DNA from: Escherichia coli
GTDB lineage: Bacteria; Pseudomonadota; Gammaproteobacteria; Enterobacterales; Enterobacteriaceae
DNA: 201 bases
Reading direction: 5' to 3' (one strand)
Assembly: GCF_003334385.1 (NCBI RefSeq)
Contig: NZ_QOWN01000232.1
The notes under the pieces are model-generated. The model did not search any database and was not told the origin of the DNA. It saw only the letters and a program-made list of their open reading frames with translations. This document shows positions 1 to 201 of this stretch, in pieces (the stretch's first letter is position 1; every line of letters starts with the position of its first letter). The translations under genes and the position numbers were made by a program.

Positions 1-53
1 GACACCGCCCTTTCACGGCGGTAACAGGGGTTCGAATCCCCTAGGGGACGCCA
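1..53 (+). tRNA. tRNA-Glu (anticodon UUC), 3' partial; the 5' ~23 nt lie upstream of the window
   Basis: Seen in sequence: anticodon stem CCGCC (5-9) / GGCGG (17-21) around the 7-nt loop CTTTCAC (10-16), anticodon TTC at 12-14; 4-nt variable loop 22-25; T-stem AGGGG (26-30) / CCCCT (38-42) around T-loop TTCGAAT (31-37); acceptor 3' strand AGGGGAC (43-49); discriminator G50; encoded CCA 51-53. From memory, the whole stretch matches the 3' part of E. coli tRNA-Glu (gltT/U/V/W family); which copy cannot be told. Confidence 0.93.
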
Positions 54-87
54 CTTGCTGGTTTGTGAGTGAAAGTCGCCGACCTCA

Positions 88-125
88 ATATCTCAAAACA
101 GACTGTTAAGTCTTGTTTGATATAT
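88..125 (+). promoter_or_regulatory. boxB-like RNA hairpin of the spacer antitermination module
   Basis: Seen in sequence: 5' arm ATATCTCAAAACAGACT (88-104) pairs with 3' arm AGTCTTGTTTGATATAT (109-125) around the tetraloop GTTA (105-108), giving about 14 of 17 pairs with an internal mismatch or bulge near 98-99 / 114-115 and one near 92 / 121. It sits directly upstream of boxA, where E. coli has its boxB-like hairpin (CTCAAAAC...GTTTTGAGA). Confidence 0.7.
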
Positions 126-126
126 T

Positions 127-141
127 TGCTCTTTAAAAATC
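127..141 (+). promoter_or_regulatory. boxA antitermination element (Nus factor / NusB-NusE binding site) of the rrn spacer
   Basis: TGCTCTTTAAAAATC matches the rrn boxA consensus (leader boxA TGCTCTTTAACAA; the spacer version carries AAAAA). It lies just 3' of the boxB-like hairpin, the canonical spacer arrangement. Confidence 0.78.
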
Positions 142-167
142 TGGATCAAGCTGAAAATTGAAACACT

Positions 168-185
168 GAACAATGAAAGTTGTTC
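168..185 (+). other. Small spacer stem-loop (6-bp stem, 6-nt loop), probably part of the 23S precursor leader structure
   Basis: Seen in sequence: GAACAA (168-173) is the exact reverse complement of TTGTTC (180-185), with loop TGAAAG (174-179). From memory, E. coli has the same stem with a different loop (GAACAACGAGAGTTGTTC). Function is inferred only. Confidence 0.45.
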
Positions 186-201
186 GTGAGTCTCTCAAAT
201 T

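Larger units (their letters stand above)
54..201 (+). other. 16S-23S rRNA internal transcribed spacer, distal part (tRNA-Glu to 23S), part of the rrn primary transcript; truncated at the window's 3' edge
   Basis: Lies immediately 3' of the spacer tRNA-Glu. The strings CTTGCTGGTTTGTGAGTGAAAGTC, TATTTGCTCTTTAAAAATCTGGATCAAGCTGAAAATTGAAACACTGAACAA and GTTGTTCGTGAGTCTCTCAAATT match, as I recall it, the E. coli rrn tRNA-Glu-type spacer. No ribosome-binding site or plausible ORF. The 23S 5' end (GGTTAAGCG...) is not in the window. Confidence 0.88.

Noticed and set aside
75-83. Mini palindrome GTCGCCGAC
   Set aside because: Only a 3-bp stem (GTC/GAC) with a 3-nt loop, thermodynamically negligible, and it lies in the region that varies relative to E. 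coli.
144-147. GATC (Dam methylation site) within CTGGATCAAG
   Set aside because: A single 4-mer is expected by chance in 201 nt; no clustering or regulatory context.
65-191. Direct repeat of GTGAGT at 65-70 and 186-191, with GAAAGT at 71-76 and 175-180
   Set aside because: Short hexamers in a 201-nt window; they are not complementary, so they do not define a helix, and there is no mobile-element or CRISPR-like periodicity.
173-201. ATG at 173-175 opens a + strand reading frame (ATG AAA GTT GTT CGT GAG TCT CTC AAA ...) that runs off the window end
   Set aside because: No Shine-Dalgarno sequence upstream, it lies inside a structured rRNA precursor spacer and overlaps a conserved stem-loop, and the 23S gene is expected about 50 nt downstream. 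Chance ATG in non-coding RNA.
1-201. Possibility of a novel system, small protein gene, toxin-antitoxin, CRISPR or mobile element
   Set aside because: The whole window is accounted for by the tRNA-Glu 3' portion plus rrn spacer; there are no repeats of CRISPR type, no terminal inverted repeats and no credible ORF on either strand.

Overview
This window is an ordinary, highly conserved piece of a bacterial rRNA (rrn) operon, not a novel system. Positions 1-53 are the 3' 53 nt of a tRNA-Glu(UUC) gene on the + strand, truncated at the window's 5' edge, with intact anticodon arm, T-arm, acceptor 3' strand and genome-encoded CCA. Positions 54-201 are the 16S-23S internal transcribed spacer downstream of it, containing a boxB-like hairpin followed by a boxA antitermination motif (TGCTCTTTAAAAA) and a small conserved stem-loop; the 23S gene itself is not reached. 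The spacer closely resembles the Escherichia coli tRNA-Glu-type spacer as I recall it, but differs in the hairpin region, so the source is probably another member of the Enterobacterales. No protein-coding gene, mobile element or CRISPR is supportable. All comparisons to E. coli are from memory and the structures are hand-folded.
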